DNA of 64,000 nucleotides from Ascidiella aspersa (Eukaryota): assembly GCA_963924565.1 (NCBI GenBank), contig OZ004609.1, forward strand, positions 22,382,001 to 22,446,000, given 5' to 3'. A model generated the notes under the pieces. That model saw only the letters and a program-made list of their open reading frames with translations. It ran no database searches and was not told the DNA's origin. Made by a program: the position numbers and the translations under genes. Each line of letters starts with the position of its first letter. The stretch's first letter is position 1. Positions 24,901 to 37,779 of the stretch are shown piece by piece.

Positions 24901-27900
24901 TATAGTTCGACAGGCTCTCAGGACCACATTTGGCACGCGGGCCTTTCCAAGCTGAGCCAATTTAAAAATTCTATGCCACACCAACTTTAAAATAAAGTGT
25001 AATGAATGTACGATTGTACGACTATCACGCGGCCCACTAAAAATGGCTCTGCGGCCCACATTTGGGCCGCGGCCCTCAGTTTGCCGACCACTGGTTTATG
25101 CGTTGTACGATAGAACGTTTTTGTGCAACTGCACGTTCTTAAAGGAAATTGCGAACCGTTGCACCTGTCAATACACACTAGTTGCTCGCCGAACAGCATT
25201 TGTCGGACACTTAATGATTAGGCAAGGGTATAGGCCTAATAATTGGCCGCCCGAAAAAACGCTGACGGCTGACGCCGCACTACATGGCTACGTATGAAGC
25301 AGAACACAGTAGACCTTTAACCAAACTTGCCACTCGCGAACGACAAATTAGGCGTAACTTTTTGCGATAAAACGAATAAAAATGATCCAACATTCTAATT
25401 TAAACATCCCTACTGACAAGTCAAAGCACGTGTCAGAAAAATGTGTTACAAAATGTTACAAGAAAGGTTTACAATCATAATAAAAACACAAAATTAAGTT
25501 GACTGGTAAATTTTGAAAATAGTGATACTTTGGTTTTCCCAATATCTAGATAGAGAGTTATGCCCGTGCCCCCCCAATGACCGCTCCGTGGCCCCCCAAG
25601 GTGGCCGAGGGCCACGGTTAAGAAACCCTGAGGTGAGCTAGATCGTCATTACCTTGATTGACGTTTCGATACGAGCTGGTATCATCTTCAGTTAATGTGA
25701 CTGAGAAGCAATTCAAGCATCACTTAAAAAAAGGTGGGACGCAATTGTTATCAGCCTGAGTTCTATAGTTGGAGGCTTGGAGCATTCAAGATAATGTCGA
25801 TCTACTCCACCTTTTGGCTTTGCAATTCATTATCAAGCTTCATTACTGATACGTGCATAGTGTTCTACTTATGTATAATATTTTTAAACACACACAAAAA
25901 TCAAGAAATAGTAATTCTAAATGAACAAAGCATGTCTTTTGCATTAAGTCTATTCAAAATACAGGAAAATCCTATGTCCAACACAAAAAAGACAAAAAGT
26001 TAAAGACATAAAAAGTAGCAACAAGAAACCTGCAAAATAAATCAAAAAACAGCTCCTCTGGTAATTTTAATTAGTTAATTAATTGCTGTTTAATCTGTTT
26101 TTTTTATTTATAACACTATGCCTGGTAGCAACAGTTTATACCTGCGATGCCTGGCACATCATCTGGTAGTCCTGCATGTATCCGCGCGCCTCGTTGAAAT
26201 GATGCTGCGTCCTTCGCCGTTCCTTTTCAAGCCGCTTTTCGGACGCCAGGTAGTAGCCGGTGATGGTGTCGGTGTAATGCAGCACCTTCTCAGCGATGAA
26301 GCCGCTCACCTCCACAATGTTAGGACGCTGGTCCGGATCCACCGTCAGGCACCTGAACGCCGTCAAAAGAAAAATTACAGAGGCGCAAGTTTGGATTGCG
26401 AGTGTAAATATATAGAATGGCAATGGGACGTAGTTGGATTGCAATCTACGACTCAGCTTTTAATACTTAGGCCCCCCCTTATGGACCCTGTACTTTCTGC
26501 GTAGCAAAATAAGCATGATGGTTCGAAAGTAGGGACATTTGTCGACGTAAAGGAATCCTAATTGACAGGTACGGGTGGTTTTTTAAGGCTAGCTAACTCG
26601 CTGTGCCTAAATATTCTGCCAATTCTTCAAGTTCGTTGGGACTCCTTTACAAAGTGAACTCGGTGGGAGAACGCATAAAACAAAAACAACCAAGCCGTTT
26701 CTATTAATCCGATCACGTGCTTAAAACGACTTGGAAAAGTACAATCGTATTGTGGAAATGAAACGTATTTACTGTTAAGAGTTTCTGCGATAATCTAAAT
26801 TAGACGAGACAAAACTATTTAAAAAAAATTGAATGCAACTTAGAAGCCTTTTTATTCGACTCACCGCCTTGCAGTCTGTTGCACCAGGTTTGAGTAGCCG
26901 CGGTCGCTCGGTATCTGTGAGAACTTGCCCTCCACGATCTTGTTGGCGATGGTGAGGATGTTAGAGCCGAGGAAGGGAGGGTCGAGCATCGCCATCTGGT
27001 AGAGGATGCAACCTGAAATGAAAATACTTTAGCAATTTGAAGTATGTGCATTGAACCTTTACCGGATTGGACAAAATATATTTAAAGCGGTCTGAAGAAC
27101 TGTGTTTCGAACGGCGAACGCGCAACAACTATTTTGTATCACTAGTGTCAAATAGCTGTCTTGCTTAATAAAGTAGATGTAACTGTTGTTTCACGTATAG
27201 CATATAATACGTTTGGTTTCTCCAATTAACAAAAACCTTTTTTACTATAATTTTAATGAAAACGAACCAAATGACAAAGTCCTGTCACAAAAAACTAATC
27301 GAGTACTTGATCAATAAAAGCTAAATCGAGTACTTGATATGATAGACTTTGGTCGGTGAAAGTAAGACGTATACAAATCTGCTATAAAATACAGAATTGT
27401 ACCGTAAAACATTTGGTACTTTTGATCCTATAGTCACATAGTGTATCGATTATATCAACACAACCGTCCCAGACCACTTTAAAAACTCGGCTTGCCAAAA
27501 ATACAGCTTCTGAGGCCACAGTTTTCATGCTTACCAAGCGGCCAGATATCCGCTTTGTCGCCGTAGGGTTCGTTCTTGACCATTTCCGGGCAAAGGTACA
27601 TCATCGTTCCCACGGTCGAGAGCATTTTCGAGTTCTCCTTTTTCTGACGCGCCAGGCCGAAGTCGGCTGCCGACAGACAAAAAAAGGTCAGAGGAGCTTG
27701 AACTAAAGTAGTAGGGAAAACAAACCTGTTTTTTCCTGGAAAAAGGTAGGCACTTACTTATTGTCACTTTGTCGTTCTCCCCAAGCATGACGTTGTTGGG
27801 CGTGAGGTCCCGGTGAACGATCCTCTTGTCGCAGTGGAGATAGCGCAGAGCGAGGCACATCTGGAATACGCGCACACGATTACAAAGACAAAAACATAAA

Positions 27901-30900
27901 AAACATTGTCGAGCAAATTTGCTTTTACGTTCTGTAAAAATATTAGGGCAAAATGTAGATCAAAATAGTGTTCCCGTTGTTTGTTGGTTCCTTTGCAGAG
28001 AAACTAGCACTAAGCTTTGACAATAGCACTCAGTTATTCCATATTCGTTAGTTATTAATGGTTGATACTAGTAATTTTGGCCTGTTTCCTGAATTGGATA
28101 GTCTGAACTTAACTTAACAGTTTAATTATAAGGTTTAACAATACACAAATTACACGTGAATCGTTTGGCATCGCGAATAAGTTCCAAGAACAAATACAAC
28201 CCTTTACCAGCGTGTTACCCCGAAACATATAATGTTAAAACCTGTAAACTTGATTTATGACATTTTACCCACTGAGAAAGTACCTGAATAAAGACCCTCC
28301 AGAGCCTCTGCTCCCCGAATCCCTTCTCCTTCTTCTCCTTTAGCGACGTGAAATGCTCCTGGAGAGAAGCTCCTTCTATCAGCTCCATTTCGATGTACAA
28401 CTTGTCGTCTGAGGCGTAACAGTTGGCAGTTGGCACTTACAACTGATTCAAGAACCGCTAATGCTATGTGCTATAAGCTAGTGTACCATTATTTGCCCAC
28501 CTGGATTACTGTTTCTCCTATTCCACACTCACAATACTATTTATTTATGCACAAACACAATTCAAAGGAAGCCTTTCCATATATTCATTACTTTCACGTT
28601 TAACTTGAAAACTAAAAATCACGTTTTTTATGTGACAATCATCGTTTCTTATCCAAGTGTTAAATCCTATACTTGCAAGCAAACTAAAAGGCAGTGTACA
28701 AGTCAAAAATCGCACAACCTATTTGACCAGCCATCAAAGCGGGTTACAACAACAGCCTTACTTTCTTCGAAGGTGGAATAGTAGCGGACCACGTTGGGGT
28801 GGCGCAGCTGTTCCCGGATGATGCTCAACTCCCTGACGATCTCGTCCATGTCGCGCTTCTGCCGTTCCTTTCCCTGTTTCCCTCCCCCACCCACGATGCT
28901 CACCTCCTTAAGGGCGAGCGGGGTCTGACGAGAGCGCTTCTTCACCTACAATGGGGACATGCGTTATTCACACTATGTTTGTTTATGTTAAATGGGAATT
29001 TTAGGTATGCAGATGAAATAGATTTGGGCGTTTTACTTCTTACATATTTTTATCCATTTAAACACGCTGTTTTTTTTTGTCTGGGTTGACGCTACTCTTC
29101 TGAAAACTTAGTCTGAGAGAGTACATAACCGCTAGGTTTGATTTGTTATTGTTGCATTCAGTTAGCTTAAGTATAGTCTCACAACCCGTACACCAAAACG
29201 TCGATATTTGTTGTAATCTATAAGAGCTTGGATTTAGCCGTCGTTGTTACTGAAGAACAACTCCAATGGAACTCGCTAAAACTAAACATTTTTTTTTTCA
29301 AAAAAGTTCAGATAAAAAGTGGGTACATGTTGGTAAATTTATTTTAAACGAAGCGTTTGACAAGCTGGGGAATGTGGCGCGGAAACCAACACATTTACGA
29401 TAATATTAAAAATCCTAAGTATTGGTATATCGACCGAGTGTTACGACAACATGAGAAATTAATAAGATGGTCACTTTGTCAGTAAGGTCGATCGAACCTA
29501 TATATCTTTTCTAAGGTTTGATAAAACTGAAAGAAAATTTCAAAAATGAATGATTTCGTATGAGGCTCGTTTATACCCTGTACACAGATCCAAAGGCTCC
29601 GGTGCCGAGAATGTCGTAAATCGCGTAATCGTTGATGAAGCGCTTCGGGGTTTTGTTCTGGTTCAATTCCTCCACATTTTCTTTGATCAAACTGATATCC
29701 TTCTCCTGAAGCGCCAGAAGGGTGTAATTTAAAGCAAAGCCTGTTCAAAAATTGCTAACGAATGTCTCGTAGGGTAACCTTACTAGTGTAAATTGTTATT
29801 CGCGAACCATACTCACTTCTGACGAGTTAAGGTGTTCAACTAGTGGTCGATAGGCATCGGAGTCTCGGACGTAATGGCCAACGTCAATAAATTTCTGCGG
29901 AAGAAAAGCTCACATCAAACACAAATGGGCTGACAACAATGCAAAAATATTATAGCGAAAGTAAACAAAATATTACAACTGAGGAAAGAAATTCCTAAAC
30001 GTGGCTTGTCAGTGGTTGAAATGCCTTTGAAAAAAACTGTAGTATATAGGTGTGGCAAATCACTCATTACCTGAAACATTGTAGGCTGGAAAAGGTTCTT
30101 GAACATTTTGCGATTACGTTCCATCGAAAAGAAAAACCTCAAAGCTCGAAACGCGTTTCTTTGTAACGCAAGTGAACCGTTCAGACATCTGCAAATGAAA
30201 GTTTATTTTCTAATTTATGGTCAAATCACGACCTACGAAGAAAACACGTTAAAAGACAAAAACGCAATATATGTTTGGATTTTACGAGTCCAAAATAAAC
30301 ACTCCTGGTTGGGACCAGTTTTACAACTCAAGATATTTTATAGCTACGAAGTAAAACGTTAAAAAATGCCCAACGCGGTGGTACGTTTTAATAACATTTG
30401 AGCAACAGGGCAACTAACAAACCTTTAAGACCTCGTGACTTGGGGGCATATTATTTATACGTTATAGTATGGGTAGATTATTCATGCAAAGTTAGTTGTG
30501 GCTACTCTTAACTATATTTGAACTTTATTTGATTGCAATATTATGTACTTGACGAAACACACGCCATAACCAAGATAAAAACGCAGGTTCCAACGTTCTT
30601 AGCCTAAAACAGCTGTTGCAATGTCGCTTTCAAACACGTTAAGCGTCCAGCGCTTAAAATCCTATTCTTATAGCCACAACACTCACTTCTTGGACGCGCT
30701 TCTGGGTAGGATGAGTTTGGCCACCACGTAAATGCCGTTTGTCTGTACAATTGTCTGCGTGCAGCGGTCGTCCAGCGCAAGCTCAGTGAGCAGTGCGCAA
30801 CAAGCCGAGTACAGCTGCGAGGTAAAGCAAGGTTGAAAGCCTCTTTATGGGACAGCATGGGAGCAAGATATACTTTTAAACGGTTTTACATAACAGAGCA

Positions 30901-33900
30901 GAAATTAGATACCAAATCGTTTGCGGAAAATGGAAAATAGGGCAACCCCAGTTTACAGTTGAATAAGCACCTCTATTACATTGTTAAACACCAAACCAGA
31001 TACAAAAAATAGTACATATGAAATTATTACAGGATTTACTGTTTGATCATTGTTTTACTGTGATGATAAAAATATACAAACTTAGAAAAAATAATTTCAC
31101 AAAATACCATTTTCAGGTTGGTAGACGATCTCTGTTGAACGCGAAATAAAGAAAACACAAATAAACTCGAAACAACACAATCGTATTTTATATGAGGTGT
31201 TGTTACAGGCCAATAGAATATTACTTAAAAGCACCTTTAGTTTGTTTTCGTTTAGTTCTTGCTTGCTTGATCGCGTCAATGAAGCGTGGCCTTTCCTGGT
31301 GTGCCCACTCGAAAGCTCGTATCTCGTGCAAGTTAAACTTCGGTCTCTGTTCGTTATAACGAAACAAATACAGCGCTATTCAAACTTTTTAATAACTGAA
31401 ATTTATCTAAACCATAGAATAGATATATTTTATACAAATGTCCTTATGCGTTTGAGCCTTCAATTCGTGTGTTTTTGTCGTTTTTTATTCTTAATTTGAC
31501 CCTAAATAAACACGCAGTGGTGTCTACGGTTGTCTATGTTTGATACAATTTGTCTACAGTGATAGTTAAATTTCATGTATTAAATAATAAAGTAGTCAAT
31601 CAAATAAAATTATTTTTTTTAATTCACAATTCTATAGTTTATTTCCAGGTCATGGCAATTCGTTATTGCAGGGAGTTCATTTACTGCTGAACAAGTGGTC
31701 TGGCGTATGATAATTGAAATGTCGCGTAATGTCCCACTCAAAAGCTATACCCTGAAACCGCGGCGTAGATATATGGCAGCGAAATTTCGGTGTTTCAAAA
31801 AACAACTACAATCAGTATAGATATAAAAAGAAAGTTATAAATATTAAGTATTTGTATCGCGTGTTACAACATGTATCCATAAATAAAACGTGATTACAAA
31901 ATTAATTTTTTACACATTGAACCCTTATCAAGTTAAACTTATTAATTTGTTGAGAAGAAAATATAACTGTTCTGTGGCACCTCCAGCCATTACGCATAAC
32001 GGCTGTTAGTCCTGTTTCACAAAAAGTGGAATTCCAGGAACTCACTTGTTTAGGAAGTTAAGAATAAGAGGAATTCCGCCGAGTAAGCGAATCTCGTTCG
32101 CGTGATCCGTGTCACTGCAGAGCCGTACCAGGGTCCAGACAATGTGCCACAGGAGGTCGCACTGCTCACAGTCGTTGAGCACGCTCAAAAGGACAGGCAG
32201 GGCCTCGTATATCATCACCTGAAACAAAGGCATAAAATAACGAATGGCAACAGTACAGGATGTAAATATATAGTAATCAAACTTTATGCAAATACGATAA
32301 CTTCGTACAGTTTTTTTTTAAGTTTTAAACGTAGGATGTTAACTGTTTATTCGACTGGATAAATTTCTTATATTTTGAAACGCAATGCTTTATCACGCAA
32401 TTATATAAACCCTAATTCGATCAACAATTAGGCGCATTTTTGTTTTATAAAGGTCACTACCAGATTTACGGTCTTATTGAGGAAATGAAACCCAATGAAA
32501 ACCTGTTCTCGGATCTCAGCGTCCGAACACAAGTTCCGAAGAAGGTTTGCCGCGTAGCACTTGGACACATCATCGTAGGCGTGAATAATTTGGACAATTC
32601 CTTCGATCGCATGTTGGTCAGCCACCAGATGACGCAGTTCGACACTAAAGGCACACTTGTATTTGATCTTAAAATAACGTTAACTGTTTGTTGTTGTGTG
32701 CGCGTTTCGTAATTTACCGCTGTAAGTACGCCGAATCCGTGCCGAATTTCAATATGTTCCTAAATATGGTTAAATCTGTTCAGAAATCGGAACATCTTAT
32801 CGCCATTCGGAATTATAAAATTAACGACTTTCTTTGCAAGTGGCAAGGGCTATTTTAACGCTCACTTCATGTTACTCCGAATCCCCAACTGTATTTTAAT
32901 GCCTTCCTGCTAATTCGTCGCTTTCCGACATGTGTTTTATCTCGCCTCTTTTTTTTTCTTTCGCACTCGCTTTATTGTGTCGCTATATAATAATAAAAAA
33001 AAAATCTTAAAATAAAGTTGCCAAAAAAAATTCTGGTCAGGACAACATACAATTCGCAAAACCTAGTTGTAGTGCATACAAATTGTCTGGCATCACAAAC
33101 AGCTTTAAATAAATAGATAAAGGCACATTTTTGTGCTTGTGCTTGTACAAGAATCCAACAGTTGTTATATTAATGGTACGTAAACCATGGAATTTTAGAA
33201 TCTATTTAGTAGATTTGGATATTTATTCTGATGTTGGGTTTACGCTTGAGGTCGGAACATCGCAGTAAAAAGTTTAGCGTTCATCGTTTTTGGTTATACT
33301 TAAGGCCCACACTTTTTTGTATATCATTTATAATTATGGAGTAAATCATGACCATCCATTTTTATCAAGTAGTTTAAATTGATTTAAACTGGGTGAGGCA
33401 CAAAGAGACAGGCAAACCAGGCGACAGTCCAAATAAGAATTGTCGTTTTCCAGCTGGCAATTTTAGTATAATTGAGGATTTTTAAAGCCATTCATAATCA
33501 GTGAAGTGAAGAGAGTGGAACCAAACGTACGTAGATTTCACAGGCAATGGAACAAAATGATACAAAACACATGTGAACATAGAGAAACAAATTATTTACT
33601 CAAAATATAACATATATAGGTAAGACAAAACAAAAAAGTGTTACCTTTCTGCTAATGCAACCAATACATGCAATGCACACTGCAACACAAACAAGTCACT
33701 AGCTTTCAACAGCAACAACATTGTTCTATGCACGGATGACTGAATGAGGGCCGACTGGTATTTCACATTTCGCGACATCTTTTCATAAATTGCTGACATG
33801 TGAAATAAAAGCACAAAATAAATTATGATTTAAACAGAATACAAGGGTACCTTAAAAACCAATATGCAAAAAATACAGGTTTATATTTTATGTCAAACAC

Positions 33901-36900
33901 AAAAGGAAATGAAAATGTGTAGGTTTTATTTAATTTTATGTAAAAGAAAAAAACAAAAACTATTAGCAAACTATTCGACAAATTAAAATGTTGTGTACAT
34001 ATAGACCCGGCTTTGCCTTTGGTGACGTGGTGTGCATGCGCCTCATGCTTTTGATATTGACTATGTACAGCCCATGACGATTTAATAACACTTTTTGTTT
34101 TTTCTAGATTACTTCCATTTTTAATATGTGAGGACTTGAATATTGTGCAATTACTGATAATTGCTGTAATAATTGGACAAAAAACAAAAATATGTATTAA
34201 CTAAGGTCCATTGAACTAGTGAACTAGTTTTAAAATGGTCACTGAATGCCTAACAAAAATATCTGTGAATTATTTGTAAAGTGATGAATTATTCAAAGAA
34301 AGAAGTAAATAAAAAAAACCTTTAGGACTGAATGTATTTAGACCCCAATTCAGTTAAAAAATTTTAGGCCGCAAACAGCAGGTTTCCCAGGTGTGTAAAT
34401 CATGTCAACCCTGGACCATAGGAACAATTTTTTTAGGGGTCTACAATAAAAAAGTTTGAGAATCTCTCATAGAAACGTTGAGGCGACTGTAGGCGTATAA
34501 TAGTTTAGGGATAGAGTAGTCCAGGGGGAGCATACTTTTAAGCGAGTCGCATTTCAATTTAGTAGCTCAACAAAGTGTCACATTCAGTGGATTAACATGT
34601 TGTCGCTTTTTTTCCCTGCCAGAGTATATAAAGTAGTCTGTTGTGGGGGCCACAGCCCACAGCACAGAGCTTTTTGAAATTACTGTCACAAATAATATGT
34701 TATATAAGGTTTCACCACACAGCCAAACATTGTTGTGTACTGCTTTATTTGAAGCCGTACATCGCAATGTTACACAGTTGGTGAACCAGATCAATACGGA
34801 TTACGGAGTTATCAAAAAAACAATACTTTTTGTTGAATGAGATTTTCATAACCTATCATAAAGACTGTGTTCATTTTTTGAACTTGACGATATCCAATTG
34901 AACTATATATCTTTATTTGTACAGTACAATAGTTGTATCAACTTTAGTATGCTGCCGGCAAAATTTTCGTTCTGGCTTTATTGTCGCTGTGCCTTGTTCT
35001 TGTAAAGAAACATCCATTTTAAGTTTGACAAAAAAAAAAACAGGGAAAATCTTATTTCTGGGCAACATTTCATGATTGAAATTCTGCCCATTAAGATAGG
35101 GTAAAGGCTTAGACCTGGGGTAACTTTAAGCCAGAGGGCCAAGTCCATCCCATGAACAATTAAAAACAGCCAGTGCCTTATTTTCCACAACATTTTTTTG
35201 TTAAATCAACCTTAAGGTTTTCTACTTTTATTTTACAATATTTTATGGAAGAAGTATAGATACAAGGCAACCATAATTTTCTCTTCTCTTGGCAGTTTTT
35301 CAAACAAATATATTTTCAGTTTTCATTAAAAAACAAATACACCTAGTAATATGTGTACTTTAGATCCTCTTTTTGACTCAACCGACTGTAAGTACAAGGT
35401 ATTTTTTCTTATATGCCTCCCTGTTAATGATAATTGTCCACCCCAGAAAAATAATTGGCTTTAACTATTGTAAGTGACGGCAAATCACCCTAATTTTACT
35501 ATAAATAAAAACAGTAGAAAGCAAAGTTTTATTTACTCACAAGAGAAGTTGGCAACAATATCGACAACCAATGCTTCATCGCTGCACGTCAGATAGCTGT
35601 GGGATTTGATCTGAAATATCTTGGCAAAGTATGTGAAATGTTCACTGTATGCAAATATCTTGAGGTGCTTGGCATCCCGCATCAACATCCTCAGGCAGAT
35701 AACCATTCTCAGAGTGTTTTCCGGATTATCAAATCTAAAAAAGTGTACAATTAATAAATGTTAGTTGGAAAAAAATCTAATGAAATGCCAATGGATGGTA
35801 ATTATATTTGGATTTAATTCAGCTGGCATCGTAGAATTTAATACTTAACTAATATTTAAGCATTTGTCTATCTCAAATAAACTGTTAGGAATGTTGATTA
35901 CCTACAACCTTTAAATGTTTATATAGATACAATGTGGCTAAAAGTGCAGAGCAGAGGCCTTTATAGCAAATTTGTAAAATTCAAAAGCTGTATTCGACAG
36001 AATATTTTCTAAAGACTAACAGCTTTATTGGCTACAAACCAAGATTGTACAGGTATATAAGCAAGGTTTGAATCTTTTTGCTCGCCCACTTGCAGCAAGT
36101 ACAATTCACTTGAGTTGTTATTGGCACCCACTTGCCCTACTGATGAGTTCATTTTGTATTACCAATCACCTTGTTTGAAGCAATATTCCCTCCAAGACAT
36201 TGATGAACAGCTGATGGTTTGGATGTTCGCTAAAGTTTCTTTCATTCTGGAAATGCAGACTGAACTGCTCAAGACATTCTCCAAGTTTTTCACTGTTCAA
36301 AAAAAAAATATATTAACCATTTCTTATAAGCATCCTACTTACCGATAAAAATAGATACTGTATATAAAAATTGTGTTCTCTTTCTTTTATATAATGTAGC
36401 ATAACATTAACCCTGGTTTCATAAATTTTTGATATTACATTACTATTGAAATTTTACTTTACTTTGTCATTGCACAAATGATGTACACATATTTTAAATT
36501 AATATATAGTATCTATTTATAGTAAAGTGTTGTGTTGTACAGTTTAATTAAAGTTGGATGTTAAATGGCACAGTGAATATCTTGGAGTTTGAATATACTA
36601 ATGTTGTTTCTTATAATAAATAAATATATGTTATGTGTGAATTGGTGGCTGTTGGGTTCATTAACCTGTTAAATATTGTACCAAAACATGTAGGAAGCCA
36701 TAATTTTGGCCCAAAATGATTGATTTTGTATTGAAATGTTTTTTTCACAAAACAACAATATTATTTTTTTATTCCAAAAAATTAACATGTGAAATACCAG
36801 ATTAGTAGAATTTTACTACCGGATTACTGACATAAAATATCAGTAAGCAAATCATGATGACAATATTAACCTACTTCAATTTTTTCTCAGCATCCAATCC

Positions 36901-37684
36901 ATTTCCATTGGCATTCTAAAATATAAAAAAACACATTAGTTACCGGCAGACAACTGTAACCGTACTTACTTACAGACAACATTTATAAAAAGGCGTTAAA
37001 AATAAAAACTATAATATGTAAAGAAGTTCAATATTAACATTAATTTCAAATATAGTTTGGATTACATTGTTATACTGCTTTGAGTAGCTAAATTAAAGGC
37101 TGGTAAACATAGTTTTAAAAATTGTTAGGAAATGTAGTATGTTTTGGTGATATATTCTGTTTATGAAGAAAGTTGATATACTCCCAAAACAATATTTAGG
37201 TTGTCTGTAGGTTTTCCTTTAAAAAAATTCAGGTGGATTTTAGGTTGTCATTTTGATGATGCTGATGCTTACAATCCATACAATTTTCTTAAGTGGTGGC
37301 TTGGCAGAAATTTAGCCATTTTAGGGTTAAACAATTATTTAAGCAAAACCCTATAATGTAAGGCTTGATAATTAAGGATGACTTTTTTGGTGGGCTACAA
37401 AATTCCTTTTAAAATTGTTGCTCTTTATGGGTTAATCTTTTACAATAATGCAGTAATAAATCTTAATTTAACTCTCCTTAAAAACTTGCATGATAACTAG
37501 CAAGTTTGCATTCTGAGTTTAATTCATTCATCTATGGTTTAATTCATTATCCTATGCAAAGTAATTCTATTCGTTAAATTAAAAATCTAAACAAAAAACC
37601 TACCTTGGAAGTTTGCTTAGCTGATAGATTTAATAATTTAACGATATTCTTTAACTGTATTTCTTCATCTCCTTTAGAAGTCAT
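18903..37684 (-). CDS. NEK10: NIMA-related kinase 10 (armadillo repeats plus kinase), more than 20 exons
   Basis: Exons encode FQNERNFSEHP, FRALRFFFSMERNR, FIDVGHYVRD, LGTGAFGSVY, EQLRHPNVVRY, HRDLTPNN, DFGLA, LIQLHKIIFIDQLPP, EGITYAQMQTIIERVLQESGYY; ATG 37684; probable last exon ends at TAA 18903. Confidence 0.92.
19864..20103. mobile_element. PIF/Harbinger-like MITE, copy 2, in a NEK10 intron
   Basis: TIRs GGCCCGTTTATACTACAG / CTGTAGTGCAAAAGGGCC; TTA and TAA flanks. Confidence 0.65.
21258..21639 (+). mobile_element. Retroposed element with U1-snRNA-like 5' head, structured body, A12 tail and ~15-bp TSD
   Basis: TSD aatgtaaattaggaa at 21244-21258 and 21638-21652; A-run 21628-21639; begins ATACTTACCTGACGGGGGTCTTTAACCGGATCAC. 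Confidence 0.7.
24358..25863. mobile_element. Penelope-like inverted pLTR remnant with minimal hammerhead motif, interrupted by nested hAT MITEs
   Basis: Minus strand 25696-25657 reads attaaCTGAAGATGATACCAGCTCGTATCGAAACGTCaat; arms at 24358-24392/25631-25656 are inverted relative to 25786-25863; homologous to 56672-56812. Confidence 0.65.
24393..25630. mobile_element. hAT MITE containing a second hAT MITE (24728-25093)
   Basis: Outer TIRs CAGTGGTTTTAACC / GGTTAAGAAACCCTG; inner TIRs CAGTGGTCGGCAAACT / AGTTTGCCGACCACTG with TSD ctttatgc/gtttatgc. Confidence 0.75.
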
Positions 37685-37767
37685 TTCAAATACATTAGAT
37701 TGGAAACCAAAGATTAGCCAAAAAACGCCGTTTTAGCAAAGTATTTCTATATCGCTTTGAATCCAGC

Positions 37768-37779
37768 GTTACTAGTTAC
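37768..37779 (-). promoter_or_regulatory. Candidate RFX X-box upstream of NEK10
   Basis: GTAACTAGTAAC fits GTNRCY-RGYAAC; 84 bp upstream of the ATG. Confidence 0.35.
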
